In this document: positions 1 through 14,215 of the stretch, one piece after another
Layout of the letters: every line of letters begins with the position of its first letter
Position numbering within the stretch: the stretch's first letter is position 1
Origin: Mytilus trossulus
Lineage: Eukaryota
Length of the DNA stretch: 64,000 nucleotides
Reading direction: 5' to 3'
Assembly (NCBI RefSeq): GCF_036588685.1
Contig: NC_086379.1
Location: 63,054,001 to 63,118,000, forward strand
Notes under the pieces: model-generated
Told to the model about the DNA's origin: nothing
What the model saw: only the letters and a program-made list of their open reading frames with translations
Database searches by the model: none
Made by a program: the position numbers and the translations under genes

Positions 1-690
1 TATATATCTGTATATAAACTCTTGAAGGTCCTTTTAGACAAATTCTGAAAAACTTTGTCATAAAAAGTTTATTTAAAAAAGTTGTTCACATGATGTTGTT
101 AATGTAATGTACATACATAATGTATATACTTGTCATTTTAATAAAGGGTGTGTTGTATAAGTAGTAAATAACATATACATGTATAACACATGTTTACTAA
201 TAGCAATCATTTATACAAATAATGGTTCATATTGACATACTTCATTTGATACATGTAATTACTAATTATTTATGCCAGACCCATGTTCCTGTAAATATTA
301 ACAATTTATAACTTAGTACAGCATATTTAGTAACTTAAAATTTAAAAATTCTAAACAACAAACAATCAATCACTAGTGAAATTTTGACCTTGTAAGCTTA
401 TGGTATATACAATGTATATGAATATATTGTTGTCTCATTGGCAAATATACCACATCTTTTTATTTTATATTCACCCCAGGATTTGTTGCTGGTGCTATGT
501 GGATGCAGTATAACATGTTATTGTATAGCAATATAATATTTCCCACAGAAAGTAACCAACAGTTAGCGTGCAATAAATTCCAATATTGCACTAGTGCAAT
601 AAATCTTCAAAATTCATGACGTCATCAATGTCAAAATCTTATTTAAAACCAATTTTTACTTTCAAATATTATTTTGCTATACAATAAAAT

Positions 691-808
691 GGTAATTGCA
701 TGAATATTGGGGAATATTGTCCCTCGTAGAACATATATTGCACTTGCAAGCTCGTGCAATATAAATTTCTACTCGGGACAATGTTTCCCAATATTCATGC
801 AATAACCC
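691..808. repeat. ~118-bp imperfect palindrome, probably part of a non-autonomous transposon
   Basis: The arm ggtaattgcatgaatattggggaatattgtccc...tattgcac is nearly the reverse complement of gtgcaata...gggacaatgtttcccaatattcatgcaataacc. Confidence 0.7.
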
Positions 809-976
809 TATATTACTGTGCTAATAATATACATGTGTACATGCATGCCCTTATTATTAACAGTTAAGTTTTTCCTTATCAGAGAGAGCTGTGTTGTCTC
901 CATGGCAATCATACCACATCTTCTTATTTTCATATGTTACGTAATAGAACTTACTACCCTTCTGTATAATACTTAC

Positions 977-1130
977 ACGTAAAGCTTCATTCTCTGTCAT
1001 AAATTTATTTTTTTGACTTTCATTGTCTTTGTTTTTGGTTTCTAGCTGTTCCAATTGTGCTTCTAACTCTAGCTCTAACTCCCTGCTACTGATCTGAAAT
1101 TCTTCTAATTCTTCTTTTGTTTCTTCCAAA
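977..1130 (-). CDS. NDE1: Nuclear distribution protein nudE homolog (NDE1/NDEL1), coding exon 2
   Basis: Encodes LEETKEELEEFQISSRELELELEAQL, matching the NudE coiled-coil N-terminus. tttcag acceptor, gtaagt donor, 154 nt, phase-compatible with exon 1. The gene continues beyond the window start. Confidence 0.9.
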
Positions 1131-4100
1131 CTGAAATGGATAACACAATAAAATTCAAATTTTGTTAAGTTGAAATAAATCTTTTATTTATATAATTTTT
1201 AGAGAAAGCAAAACATGTTTGTCTTCAGATTTTAATTTGTTTTATTATAATATTAATCCCAATATGTATTACAACTTAATTATTATTACATGTACAAACT
1301 GCCTAATCTAAACCTTAATTTTGTATAAAAATCAATGGATCTTTATCACTTGTGTTATATTATAATGTCAACCCCATCTAAGGATTCTTTTTAGTTCCTG
1401 TTCACAATATTACATGTTAAGCATTTAAGCTAGTAAAGGGTATATTTTCAAAAACAATCATTCACAACTTATAAAATACACAGCAACATTTAGTTAGAGG
1501 GAGACATTTAGTGAAAAAAGGACATTAAAATTTGATGTCTTATTTACTTAAAAGATAGAGTACTTATGTACATTATGGAACAATACATATCTGAGGGGCT
1601 TGCTTGTGCAAGTTGCTTTAGCGGAGCAACATTTCAGCTTTTTTCCATAATAGAATAGTACCTCTTTCCTCCATTGAAATTTTTGTTTTGCATACTTCAT
1701 TCGCATAGGATTTTTCAACAAAATATTGAAAATATGCTTTGAAGTATTAATGCATTGTGAAAAACAAATATTCCATCAAATGAATTTTAGTCAAATATTA
1801 TTATGAATATCCTTTTCATTTTCAATACAAATTTTATTAAGTCTGATGCAGACACTTTTAGTCAAAGCGTTTCAACTGAGGTACTACACAGGCGTCAAAA
1901 GGAGTCATTATGGAGTAAAGGGGGTGGCGTCAATAGGCCTCATTATGGAGGAAAGGGTTAACGTCAAAATTCACTTTCTTCATCAAGGTCAATGTACCTT
2001 CAAAACATATCTGATGTGTATAATTTGCAAGTGGTTGTTTGTTAAGAAAAATTTCAGCCCCTATCCAATATACAATTGAAAACCTTTTTCCAAGTCAAAA
2101 TTTACTTTCATCAAGGTGAATGTCCCTGGAAGTTTCTTGTAAGATTATTATTAATCTTATCTAATCCTGATTATGATAGCAGCATGACATATTTGTCACT
2201 GAACATTAACCAAACAAAAGATAGACATCTGTAAATTAATTAAGTAAAAAGTTTGCAAATCATTGTTGACATTATGATTCATAATAAATGTATCAGGATC
2301 TTACACACAGTCAAAAGTTCTAATAGTTATGTAACACAAAATTACAGATAACCAGTAGCTACATGTTACCTAACAACTTTTTTTTCAGTATCAATACTTT
2401 TATTTTACGTATACTTATTAGCATTTTTAAAGGAAAACACTGGATATGCAACAACTTGGTTTGTATTACACTATTATTATAAACTTAAGGGGTTGATTAC
2501 ATATATACACAACTAATCTAGGTATATCACAGGTGGAGGATTAAAGTTGAACTTTCAAATAGTTTAAAGGTACCGATCACAGAGACAGAAATTCATTTAA
2601 TGTAACTATAACACATCTGGATGGAAAACTTCTCATATTCAACAATTGACAATTGCAAGCACTTAAACAAAACTTAAACTCGAAATCTAAGTCAAGAAAA
2701 TATATTCACAGCCAGTGTCAAAGATCTGCCTTATTCCTTTTACAATCTGTTTTTAAACAGAAATAAACTGACTTCATTGCTATTACTCACTCAGTGTACA
2801 AAAATAACTCAACATGAAAGGTGGCATTATCTAAATGTTAAACCTGTGATGCAAAAATATTGTACTACATTATCAGCTCATCCCAAATCATGATTTTGTT
2901 TCTTCTACACACCTATACACATTCATAGCTAATGGCCCACTCATATCAATTTAAGTTTGTATTTCTATGACCTGCCCTTGTTAATTTCAAAATGCAGTAA
3001 AAAAATCAAAAGATTCACTTCATACATTCTATTTGTCAGTGGCGGGGCCAGGAAATTTTCATAAGGGTGTTGCCCACTGACTGCATAAGATTGGGGCCTG
3101 CTCCAGTCATGCTTCAATGATTCCCTAAATAATCAACCAAGTTATTCCCACAAAATGGGGGGGGAGGGGGGAGACACCCTGGAAAACCATCTAAATCCAC
3201 CTCTGTTGACAAGCTATATTTGAAAAAGCATTTGATTCATACAGTTGTTTATTTTTAGATAAACACATAGTCAATGAAACCTTAGTACATTGTAAACAAT
3301 TAAGACATGTTCTAAGACAAATAACTTTTTTCTTTGATATGAAATGAATACAATTATAAAGTTGATTTCACTTGAATTATAAAGTTGATTTCACTTGAGG
3401 AAAAATATTTTGAAAAACAATAGAATAACCTTTTCTTTTGTGACATTGAAAACAAATAAGATTTGTTTCCTTTTTTCTTTTGTGACATTCTAATCAATGA
3501 AGTTCTTGTTCATTGATTTTAATATCTGATCAAATATGAAACAAAAGACATTTAAATCTTTGACTTAAAAAGTAATCCAATTTTAAATAATTCATTTAAT
3601 ATTTTAATATGTTTAATATCTATATATATACAAAAAGTCCTGTTGTACATGTATTTATTTGTTTAGTCTGATTGTAAGATATTTGACAAGAATGCTTACT
3701 GACTGTATTGATATTCTTCTTTAAATGTTTATGTTATCAAGGTGTCAAGGGGTTTATATTTGAACATGAACAGTTTAACCACATCAAGTATCTATTTTTC
3801 ATTTCATCAGTTGGTTTTCATATAAACATATATCACACATTTTGTGCAAGCATCAAATGAATGATAATGATCGATATTTCAGAAATTCAAAACATTAAAC
3901 TTCAAGAAAAGATGTGTACACTAAAATGTCTTATCTGCTGAAATATTGGAATCATTAGAAAGAGCATAATCTTCTAAGAAGTAAAACAGCATACTTCCAC
4001 AAGAAAAACAAAGGAAGTTACTGGTAACTAACAGGGTCTAAAAGATATAAATTATAAGATGATGGGTTGTAAATCAACCTACTTCACAACACTTCAGGTA

Positions 4101-7090
4101 TGGTTTTTAGTAGAAAACACATATATATATAGCTACTGTGAAGTGTAAAGGTACCAAAATAAATAGACATTTCTTAAGTCATTTTTAAACTAACCAAATT
4201 TGAGACTTGCGCTTTTTCTAATATCAAAATCTGAGAAAAAAGTCTGAATACAAGAAATATATATGTACATGTACAATAATAATGAGTTATATTGTACATG
4301 TGCATTTACATGATTATTTTCAGTAACAATATATTCATTTGAGTAACTTTTCCTTTTTCTGGCATCAGCAAATGGAACTGACCTTATAATCTTCCTTTAA
4401 TATACATTTAAACAATTTTCAAATATTTGTTTATTTATGTATTTAACATGTTTAACATCCATCCCTGGCAGTATTTTTACTTCATTCCTTTTTTCATAAA
4501 TTATCAAATTGCATGTGTGCACTTTCACCTATAATCATTTTTCTGTGTGAAGCTCAATATAATAAATATGCTTAAAGGCTTTGTTGCACCTGTCTAGATG
4601 ATTAATCTACAGCATAAATGTTTGTTCAACTAATTTACAAAACTTGTAAATACGTGTAACAAGTAATACCATTAGTATTCTTTGGTAGGTACATGTATCA
4701 TGCATATGAGAGTTTGTTCATTAGAATTTTGAATTTAGAAATTAAAAACTTTTTTAGTATGGGTATGAATTTTAAATGTTAGGGTTAGACTGACACTTAT
4801 TAGGGTATAACGTAGGCATGGCACAAATGTACGGAAATCCTTAACACAAAATTGTTTTGCATATTTCTAAATTGTGTGTTTTGTTATGATACATTGTACA
4901 ACACCAAAAACTAAAATGTTATCTTCTCTCAACCAATACATGTATCATGTGTATATACCAAATGATAAAATGTTTTATAGATGTTAAAACAGATTTTTTT
5001 ATGTACAGTACATGATTTGTATTTTGATAACAATTTCATTGTAAGAAAACAAAAGATTAAGTCAGAACCTAGCCAGGGGTCATCTGGGTGAAAAATCAGT
5101 CCACTGTAACTTACATTTTTTTTGTACAATACAATTGCCAGTTGTGCCATTTCATTAATCTTAACTTCTCCTTTAAATGCTGTAGTACTACATGATGTAC
5201 TGTCAGTACAATGAAATTATTATGAACTTTAATTATCTACATGGTCCTTTGTCATGTTGGAACTAAGAAAGATGTGCAATTAATCTGAGGATTTTCAATT
5301 TGCAAAAGATACAAATTCTACATGTACAAAACATACATGACACATAGATATAAGAAGACTGACAATGAGACAACTCTCCATCCAAAGTGCTGAAGTCATA
5401 ATTTGTAAAAGACTTCAATTTAAATTTAAGTAAACCATTTTAGGTCATAATACGGTTGTCAACACAGAGCATTGGCTCACACTGAACAGCAACCTATAAA
5501 TTACGTTTGGGTCATGTGTTACATGTAGTAACTTTATTTTGTCAACAAGACTATGAAGACATACATGTACAATGTATTGAGATCAAAATGTTATGGATAT
5601 TTGTCATGTCTGGATATTTATTGTAAGAAAGAATTGAATTTAGTGGACAGTTGCATAGACTTACATTTTTTGTACATCATTTAATATAAATGTACATTTT
5701 GAACATGTTGAACAATGATTTAGAAATACATTTTGTTTGTTGCATGGACAGATTTCTTGCAATATTTTAGTAATAATAAACTTTTTTATAAAATGGCAGG
5801 AGTGTGGAAATATTTGTTATGAGCACTTGTCCCTGTGCAAGGAAAACTGTAAATTTTACTTGTCTGGAAAATAGTTGCTTGCCCTGACGGTCCATATGAT
5901 TATTGAAGTATTTTATTGTTAGCTTATACATTTACATGTACATTGTAATTTGTATATGATTCTTAGAACTGTTTTGCATCACAAACAAATGAAATCCATT
6001 TGTTTATAATGTGTTAAATTTAGCAAAGTAGGAAATGGGTTAACATCAAAACCCAACAGCAAACCAACCAAATCAAATGACATGTCAAGACCACACCAAT
6101 TTTATTTCTTGTTCTACAGATTTTTCAATAAAAAAATTGTGGAGAGCAAGCGATTTGAAAATTTTCATAAAAATAAAATAAATTTACAATTTTTTCAGGC
6201 GAAGCTTGAAAAGTAAAGGCAAGCAATTATATTTTTTTTGTAAACATAAACTCATAACTATAGGTTCTGACAATTGTGAATACTTATCAAAACAAGATGG
6301 TATAAAACTTGATTTAACACTTGTGTTTTGACATTTCTTTCCTAACTCAAAAACTTTATCAACTGCCAAGTGCTTTTTCACCTGTTCACAGCAACATGCA
6401 ATGCCTACTTTGAATTATGACTTTTTGTTTCAGGCAACCATTAATGTTAAATTCAATGTTCGGTGCGCGGGGTGACTTTGGGTTTGGGTTTGAGCTATTC
6501 GTAAATGTGTGTACATTCATTTTTTGTTTGTTATATTGTTCAAAACAGACATGACAGGGCTTAAGCTTTGGCCCACACCAAACAACAAGCTATAATGGAC
6601 CACAAATGTTAAACAACCCAAACAGTAAAACCAACGACCTAATATATAAACAAACAGAGAAATACCTACATGTATGAACCACACCAACGAAGTTTTCTTC
6701 AGCCGACAAATAATATTGCAGTTGAAGGCAACCACTTCTCCTTCTAAATACTTTGTTTTAATAACGAACATCCGACAGCAATATTTGTTGACTTTGATAA
6801 TAAGTCTGTGTTCATGGTGTAAATGCCTGAAACAGTTTAAAGGGCCCCATTTGATGTTGACTAAAACGTTCTTCATCTTTTTAATGTTTATAAAAATATG
6901 ATGTGGGGAAAAGACATGAATAGATTTTACAAGTGGGGTGATTTAATTTACCAGTTTGGGGAAAAAAAATTAAAAGTGGGTCGAGTTGGTGAAAAAGTGC
7001 CAGTGGGGCAAGTTGTCCTGCTTCCATATCAAATAGCACATATGTATCATAGCTCTACATTATGGCATGCTAATATGATTTTATTCTTAC

Positions 7091-7170
7091 TCTTGTTTAA
7101 ATTTTTCCGCAGTTTTCCTCCAGTAGTCTCTTTCATCTTCAACAGATGCAAATCTTTTGCTATCGTCCAT
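7091..7170 (-). CDS. NDE1: NDE1/NDEL1 coding exon 1
   Basis: ATG at 7170 gives MDDSKRFASVEDERDYWRKTAEKFKQ (NudE F..EE..YW motif), then a gtaag donor. 80 nt; GA+T joins exon 2 in frame. Confidence 0.88.
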
Positions 7171-7990
7171 CTTATAACAGTTATAAGTTATGACCTATAA
7201 ATACTGTTGTTCATGTACCACAATTGTTTTAATTCTCACATGGAAAATATAACATCAATGAAATGATAATTAGTCACTGAAATTTCTATCTGTTCACATG
7301 TCAAAACATTTTACGTTGTTTGTATTGGTTTATAAAAAAAATAATTAAAAACTGCGAGGATGTTAGATTTGGTACTGTCAGAGTGATGTTTGTAGAACTA
7401 TTCAAATTAACATTATCATTTCCTTTTCGTTAATTTGAAAGAATATCAATGACAACTTTTGAAAACTTCTTTGATGGAGACTTAATTCCCAGTTAACATA
7501 AATTGATTTGCTAAATGTTTCGCATTCTTCCAACGAAGAAACCGGAAACTGACTTTCCTAGTCAAATAAACGCTTTATCCTAGATCTTTCGTGTGTTTTA
7601 AAGTGATTACCGTATTTTCTCCAATAAAAGTCATAAAAAGTAAAATCACAAAAATACTGAACTTAGAGGAAAATCAATTCGGAAAGTCCATAATCACATG
7701 GCAAAATCAAATAACAAAACGCATAAAAAACGAATGGACAAGAACTGTCATATTCCTGACAAGTCGTTAAAGGTGGGACACACAATCTTGATAACTTTTA
7801 AAAATATTGCAAAGTGTGAATTAAAACCGTGTCGGGCTAAAATGCAAACATATTTATAAATCGACACCAGCGACAAAAAACATATACATAAAACAAAGTG
7901 CCAAACCAGAGAAATGGTCAAACGGGTCAAGTTATTAATCATCTTTGTTCAGATGGAAAAGAAGAAGAAGTTAATTTTCAGAGTATATAT

Positions 7991-9581
7991 GTTACAGTAA
8001 ATAGGTGAAATTAGGAATTACATGTAATTACTAAAATTTAGGAATTACAGGTAATTCCCGATGCACTTAGTTAATACAAGTAATTCCTGAAACGGCCCAG
8101 TTATTACCAGTAATTACTAATTTTAAAATGCATTTTTACACCTATTTACTGACTGCTAAAGCAATGTTATTATGGTCAGATGATCAAAAGTTATAGTAAT
8201 ACTAACTAGCTATATATATAGAAGATCAGTTAGTACTCTTAAAATATTGAATGGTTGATTTGTATTAAAAATATCTTGAATAAATATGGACTTTTAAATA
8301 TATGGTTAAATCAGAGTAACTTAAGTTTTAATCCAAATTGGTTAAAGTTGAGCATTATACATATATTTTTTAGCAATTTCAGCAGACATCAAAAATGGAA
8401 AATTCTCCCAAAGCATTATGTTTTAACTTTAAAAAAACTGTTTGAAGAATATTCAGACTTAGTACCTTATAAAGATAAGATAACGTTATGTAGGTTGGGA
8501 ACTGGAATGAACTGTTATGTGTATTAGCTTCGAGATATAAAAATAAATAAATATATTTTTTTTGTTTGTTAAATCATAAATATGATATAGTACAATTATA
8601 ATTCAGCAGCCAATCTGGTTCTATTTTGTTAAATTAGCTGAGAAACAAGGTTGATAGGTTGTGCACTTGCGAGTTAATATTTGGACCTTATTGAATACGT
8701 ATTCATGTGACCTTCAATTCAACCCCTAGCTGGAGATCGGTTATCGATGTATTAAGTTATTAAAATTGTAAGGGTTTTACAGAACAAATCGTCTCGCCTA
8801 CTTTTTCTGTTAATCGCAGGCTCAACAAAAATGAGGAAAAAATATTATAAAATTTTCCTCTTGATACTATTTTTTACTAGTACTATAAGAAGCTTCTGTA
8901 AAAATTGGGTAAAAATCCAGGATGGTTTAAGTATAATGTTTTAAAAACTTTAACTGCAGAGTATATGTAATGTTACCTGGGGAAAAAAAACTAGTCCGTT
9001 TATCCTGTTTATAAGTAATATAGGATAAAAAGGATTTCTTTTACAAACTTTACTTTCGGATATTATTTTATGATCATAAACATTTAGCTTCTGTCCAAGT
9101 TTGGTAGAAATCAAGGATATTTGGAGAAAGTTATTTTAAAGTTTTAAAACACAGTGCATGATTAAGATTTTAGTTTAACAAAATTATGAAAATCAATTTC
9201 GGATTGATATCATTGTCTTGCATGCATATATTTACGGAGTTTTAAGACCTAAAAAACAAACATTTTCCTGTTTCAATTCCCAAACACTAAAGAGTGAGCA
9301 CTTTTGATGTGCCTTATATTCCTACATCCTTAAGTAAGCTCCCTTAAAATCCCTACCCCTACACTTTCTTATTTGGTATCTTGAATTATGTTTTTAATTT
9401 TAAAACAAAAACATTAAGTTAGTAAATAGCTGTAAAAATGACAGAAAAAATCAGTAATTACCAGTAATCACTGAAACAACTAGTAAATACATGTAATTAC
9501 TAAATTGGCTAGTAATTACAGGTATTTACTGAAATGTTTAGTAATTACGAGTAATTCCTAATTTCACCTATTTACTGTAAC
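7991..9581. mobile_element. Non-autonomous TIR DNA transposon (~1.6 kb)
   Basis: Perfect 31-bp TIR GTTACAGTAAATAGGTGAAATTAGGAATTAC at both ends, TA-rich flanks, subterminal GTAATTAC palindromes, no transposase ORF. Confidence 0.85.
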
Positions 9582-11262
9582 ATATATAATATATGTTTAG
9601 ATTTAATAATTGCCCCAGAATCAGTATTTCAAAAAATGTAAATGTGTACAACTACTTAAGACTTTACTTTACAAATCATTGGAACTTAACCAGAATGGCA
9701 AATATCTTTTATTTAATTTCATGTGACATCTCTATCACCCTCTCAGCTATGTGGTATTTATATAAAGTTGACGACAGAAAAAAAACTTACGGAAATCTGC
9801 TCAGTTTTCATGACTTGTTTATTTAGCCTATGGATTTTTCGAGCCATTAGAATATTTGCAAATGTAAAAGAAAATTTTGGGGATCATACGCTGAAAAAAA
9901 TTGTTCGCTTGATTTGTTTTAAAGGGAGGGGGTTTTGCTTTAAATAAAAATCGCTTCAAGTGTATAGCTGAAGCCTTCTTCGTCTTCGCTAGCCAAGATG
10001 AAGCCTTCTTATACATGCATGTATATTTATCGTTTTTAACAATGCACTGGGGTACATTGACATGCAAGGACATCTATATCAATCACTACCATTTAATTTA
10101 AAGGGGGGGGCTAGGATGAAACAAAATACATTTTTTAAGTTGTAATCTCTGTCCTGCCTTTTATTTTGTCATCATGTTTTTTTCTTTTAAATGTCTCATC
10201 CTCCCTTTTTTTTTACTCAAAACTCCTGTCCTTCCGCTTTTAAATTTCATGTTAGCCCCCATATAAATCAATACAACCATGTGCCCGAATCTAAAGCATT
10301 GATCGTCCAGAAAGTGGTTTCCAATCCAGGAACACCCACCCAAGAGAACAAGTACAAATTGCAGGCTGGTGAAAAAAATAACGATGAAGCCTATTTTTAC
10401 ATAACATCAACACTTTTCATTTTCATCAAGTTTGTATTTCACCAGAATAAAAAAGAATTAATTGCGTATCCATCCTTGTCAAAATCTACATGGTCATGCA
10501 CAGCATAAAACACACAAAAGGCAAAGGAACAGGAATTATGTTTTCCGACGATGTTTCTGCAACACTGCATTTGGTCATTTTGCAATTTACTATACAGAAA
10601 CTCTCGGACCAGACTTATAAAAAAGGTAGGTGTGTCGAAATAATATCATTATAGATTAAAGAAAAATGTCAAGTTGTTTAAATCAGTACGGTAAGAGTAG
10701 ACTGAAACTGAGGCGGGAACTTTTGAAAGGAACAAGCAAAAACAAATATTTGTCCATTTCTTAACATATGAATGAATCACATAGACTAGCTTGTGTTGCA
10801 ACTTGTTGTGTTTTCTGATAACTTGAGTGCTGCATATTTCCTTTATTTTATTGCACAGTATTATGAGGATCATCATGAAGAAACGGTAGAAATATTTTGA
10901 CAACAATCATGGGTTTTTTTCGGATTTGTTCCGCGTTTTGAAAATACAGTTGATTTTTACGTAGTATCAACTACAAGTAATAACATGATTCAAGATCCGA
11001 TACCAGGTCTTTCACCAACAGGCCGATCCCAATGTTTGACCAGCATTAGGTATTCTTTCACGATCACTGATGATCTTTCTCATTATAATAAAGCCTACCA
11101 AACGATCGAAAGCCGTGGACAGGGTCAGACGCCTGGTATAAACCAGATATAGTACCCAAAAAATACAATAATGCATTATCGAGGTAAGATCTGACAAAAT
11201 GTCCTTCAGTGTTACTGGACGTGCAAAATTCATGACAATTGTTATCATAGTTTTGCCGTTAA

Positions 11263-13137
11263 GAGGGCTCCTGGGTATAAATCTTTTTTTTTCTTCTAAT
11301 ATATGATTTCGCTATATTTTTTTTTATAAAAGAACTTTTTCATATACTTAAAAGAAAAATGAAATACAAAGATGGGATCACCCAGGGGCATAGCTGCCGT
11401 TAGGCACTTTAGGCACGTGCCTACACATAATTTTTTACAAATATTTTTTTTTCTTCCAAAAAAATAAAAAAATGATAAACAACGTTATCTGTAGATGAAC
11501 GCCAGTTAAGTTCTCAAAACCCTTTGATTATCGAATGTCAAGTTCACACTAGTCTCTCGTTCTTAGTGAATGGAATGTTGGAAAGAAATGAATGTTATTA
11601 TGTTTTTACCTTATATAGAATCTATAAACTAGAACTTAGTTGGTTCAGATCATTTCACTTCTATCAACAAAAACTTGAATGAACCTCAACTTAGACACAT
11701 GCATGAGTGTTTTACTTTAATTAGTTGTTAGTTTTCAACTAGCTTTCCATTTTGCCCTCACCCGACTTGCCAATGTTGGTTGTCCGTTTGGCTGTGCAGG
11801 ATGTATAAATACGCAGTCACGTTAGGTCAAAATGGGGACATTAAATCCGATGCCTAGTTGTAGAGAGAATGCCACTCTTTGGGGAGTTCGTAGTTGGTCT
11901 ACTCAAAGGCAGAATTTCTGCTCTTTTCCAATAATCCCTCATTTTCAAATTTCCAGACCTTCGTTCTGGACGATACCTATTACAGGACCTAGCTCCCTGT
12001 TGTATGTATTTATTGTAAAAAAAAAATTGTCCAAATTCCTAACCCGGTAGGGATTTTACAGTAGAGGATACTAGTAAAGAAATATGCATTTCTTGAATTT
12101 TGTTACGATGGTATGAACAGAACAGAACTGTGTGTATGTGTTTATGTGGCTAGGGTGTAGGTTTATAAGAATAAAAAAAAAGATTAATGATTATTTTCCA
12201 GCCAAACGGATCGTTTTATTATATAGAAATATTAGTGTTTACGTGGATTCCTATTTTTTTTAATGAAGGATCGTCACAATATTTACTATTAATTAAGTTA
12301 TACGTATATATCAATCAGAATGGAATAGATATGAAAATACCAAACAGGGTGTACTGCTTCATTAAATGGATACGCTGATCTACGCTGGGCAGTGCATAAT
12401 GTGAGTTTTTTATCCATATTTCCGATTGTACTGCGTTACCTAATTCACTAGTCAGATTACTCATAATTCTTCGAACTTTTCATCATGTATATAATAATTA
12501 TCATGAATAAATAACCAGTAAATTTAATATTTTTTAACATAAAATTATACAGCTAAATTGCTTAAAACCGTTTTCCGTCGGGGGGCGAAACCCCCTGAAC
12601 CCCCTACCAGGGCTCTGCCCTGGACCTACTGGGGGCCTTTAGCGGCCCCCAGACCCCCTGCCGATTGGTGCCTACAGTTGGCTGAATACCTAGCTACGCC
12701 CCTGTCACCGTTCATTTAAGCTCACAGTCTGCATCTGGAAGAAACATACATTTTGTCGTTTTTTTCTGTTGAACTAATAGGAGAAATAGATGTAATATCG
12801 AAATAAAAAATAACCTAATTACAGAAATCGCTTAAATTTTACAATTATTTAGTTTATGTACAGCTTATTTGAAAACAATAATAAAGAATAAAGGTCACCG
12901 ATGAGTTAAAAAAAAGATATTTCAAATTTAATGCCCAAAAAAATGGCATTTTTGCACCAAAGGGAGATAATTTGTAGCTTCATTTTAAAAGTCATCTTGG
13001 GCCAAACCGAATCAATTTTTTTGGGTCGATTTTAGTGACCATATCTTAAAGTTAAAACTAATAGTGTAATAGTTAAAACTTGTAATGAAAAATAAAGGTT
13101 TATTTTTTTGCCGAAAATTTTGTACCCAGGAGCCACC
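11263..13137. mobile_element. Non-autonomous DNA transposon with TTAA target duplication (Kolobok-like)
   Basis: TTAA|gagggctcctgggtataaa ... tttgtacccaggagccacc|TTAA. Confidence 0.75.
11383..12704. mobile_element. Nested non-autonomous DNA transposon with 5-bp TSD (hAT5-like)
   Basis: tcacc|CAGGGGCATAGCT ... AGCTACGCCCCTG|tcacc. Confidence 0.8.
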
Positions 13138-13762
13138 TTAAACAGATGCACAAATCATAATTTAGGAAGCTTGTACATACGGATTGTGTAATTTTAGCAT
13201 GATGCGTGTGAGACAGTGATGATTAATTTAGCCATTATAAACGATACAATTTTTTTTTATATTTCAAACACTTCAAAATGATACATTTCCGTTGAAATGC
13301 AATGACACGAAAACTTTGATTGATTGATGGTTTCAGGTGCGTTTTAATGAACTGATAAAAACACACCTGACATCAAATAAAAAGTGTGTATTAAAAGTTA
13401 ACTTTGCAATCAATTTTCTATTATTATTTTAGTTAATTGTTTTTTTACAATTTTATCTACAAAAATGCATTTTCTTTTATCTGCATAGAAATCTACAACC
13501 GTTTTATAGGTACTTTAACATATTCATAGATTTTATGGCATACAATATTCAGGGGGAGATAATCAATGTACACTAGTTTCTGTATATTTTATTATTAATA
13601 TCAAGTTTTCATTATGCTTGGGTTTTTGTTTGTTTTCCAAATAAATAAAGTTAAACGACTGAATTGAAAGTATATTGTTGAAAAAACATGAACCCCTACC
13701 AAAAATTACTAGATTTATCTTAAGTGCTCTAGAAGGGTAGGCATATATATTTTGCTAGACAT

Positions 13763-14215
13763 GTGGCTCCCGTCGTGTTGCTTATGTACGGACCTGTTGA
13801 TTAAATTCGAAAGGTCACATTTTGAGAAAAGGAGACGGGATGGTTGTTACGACACTTGGAACATATCTGTCATCATCTGTGAAACAGATATTTCAGAACG
13901 GTCAATCAACTCGTGATGGCGTCCGTAAAATAAACGAAGATTTCAACTTCACCACTTGGAACTCTTGGCTTAATAGCTTTATTGTGGGTAGCAATCATTG
14001 AACAAGTAAATCATGATAGGAATTGCAAGCCCTGTTATACCAGATCAACTGGGAGATACACATAAACTCCGTTTGCAGGCATTGCTGGAATGTTGGCACA
14101 TAGAAATGGAAAGTTCACAATTTGGAAGCTGAAATCATGACATCTCTTTTGTCGCAAAGTTTTTTGTTCAATAGGCCCACAATCAGGAGGTCAATTGTCA
14201 TTTCTAGATACAAGT
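13763..14215 (-). mobile_element. Degenerate Penelope-like retroelement fragment (C-terminal RT region)
   Basis: Minus strand gives frameshifted DKRD..DFSFQIVNFPFLCANIPAMPANGVY..SQLI.Y.RAC and FYGRHHELIDR motifs. Confidence 0.6.

Noticed and set aside
9700-11250. Cluster of short ORFs, possibly decayed coding sequence
   Set aside because: No recognisable motif or consistent exon structure
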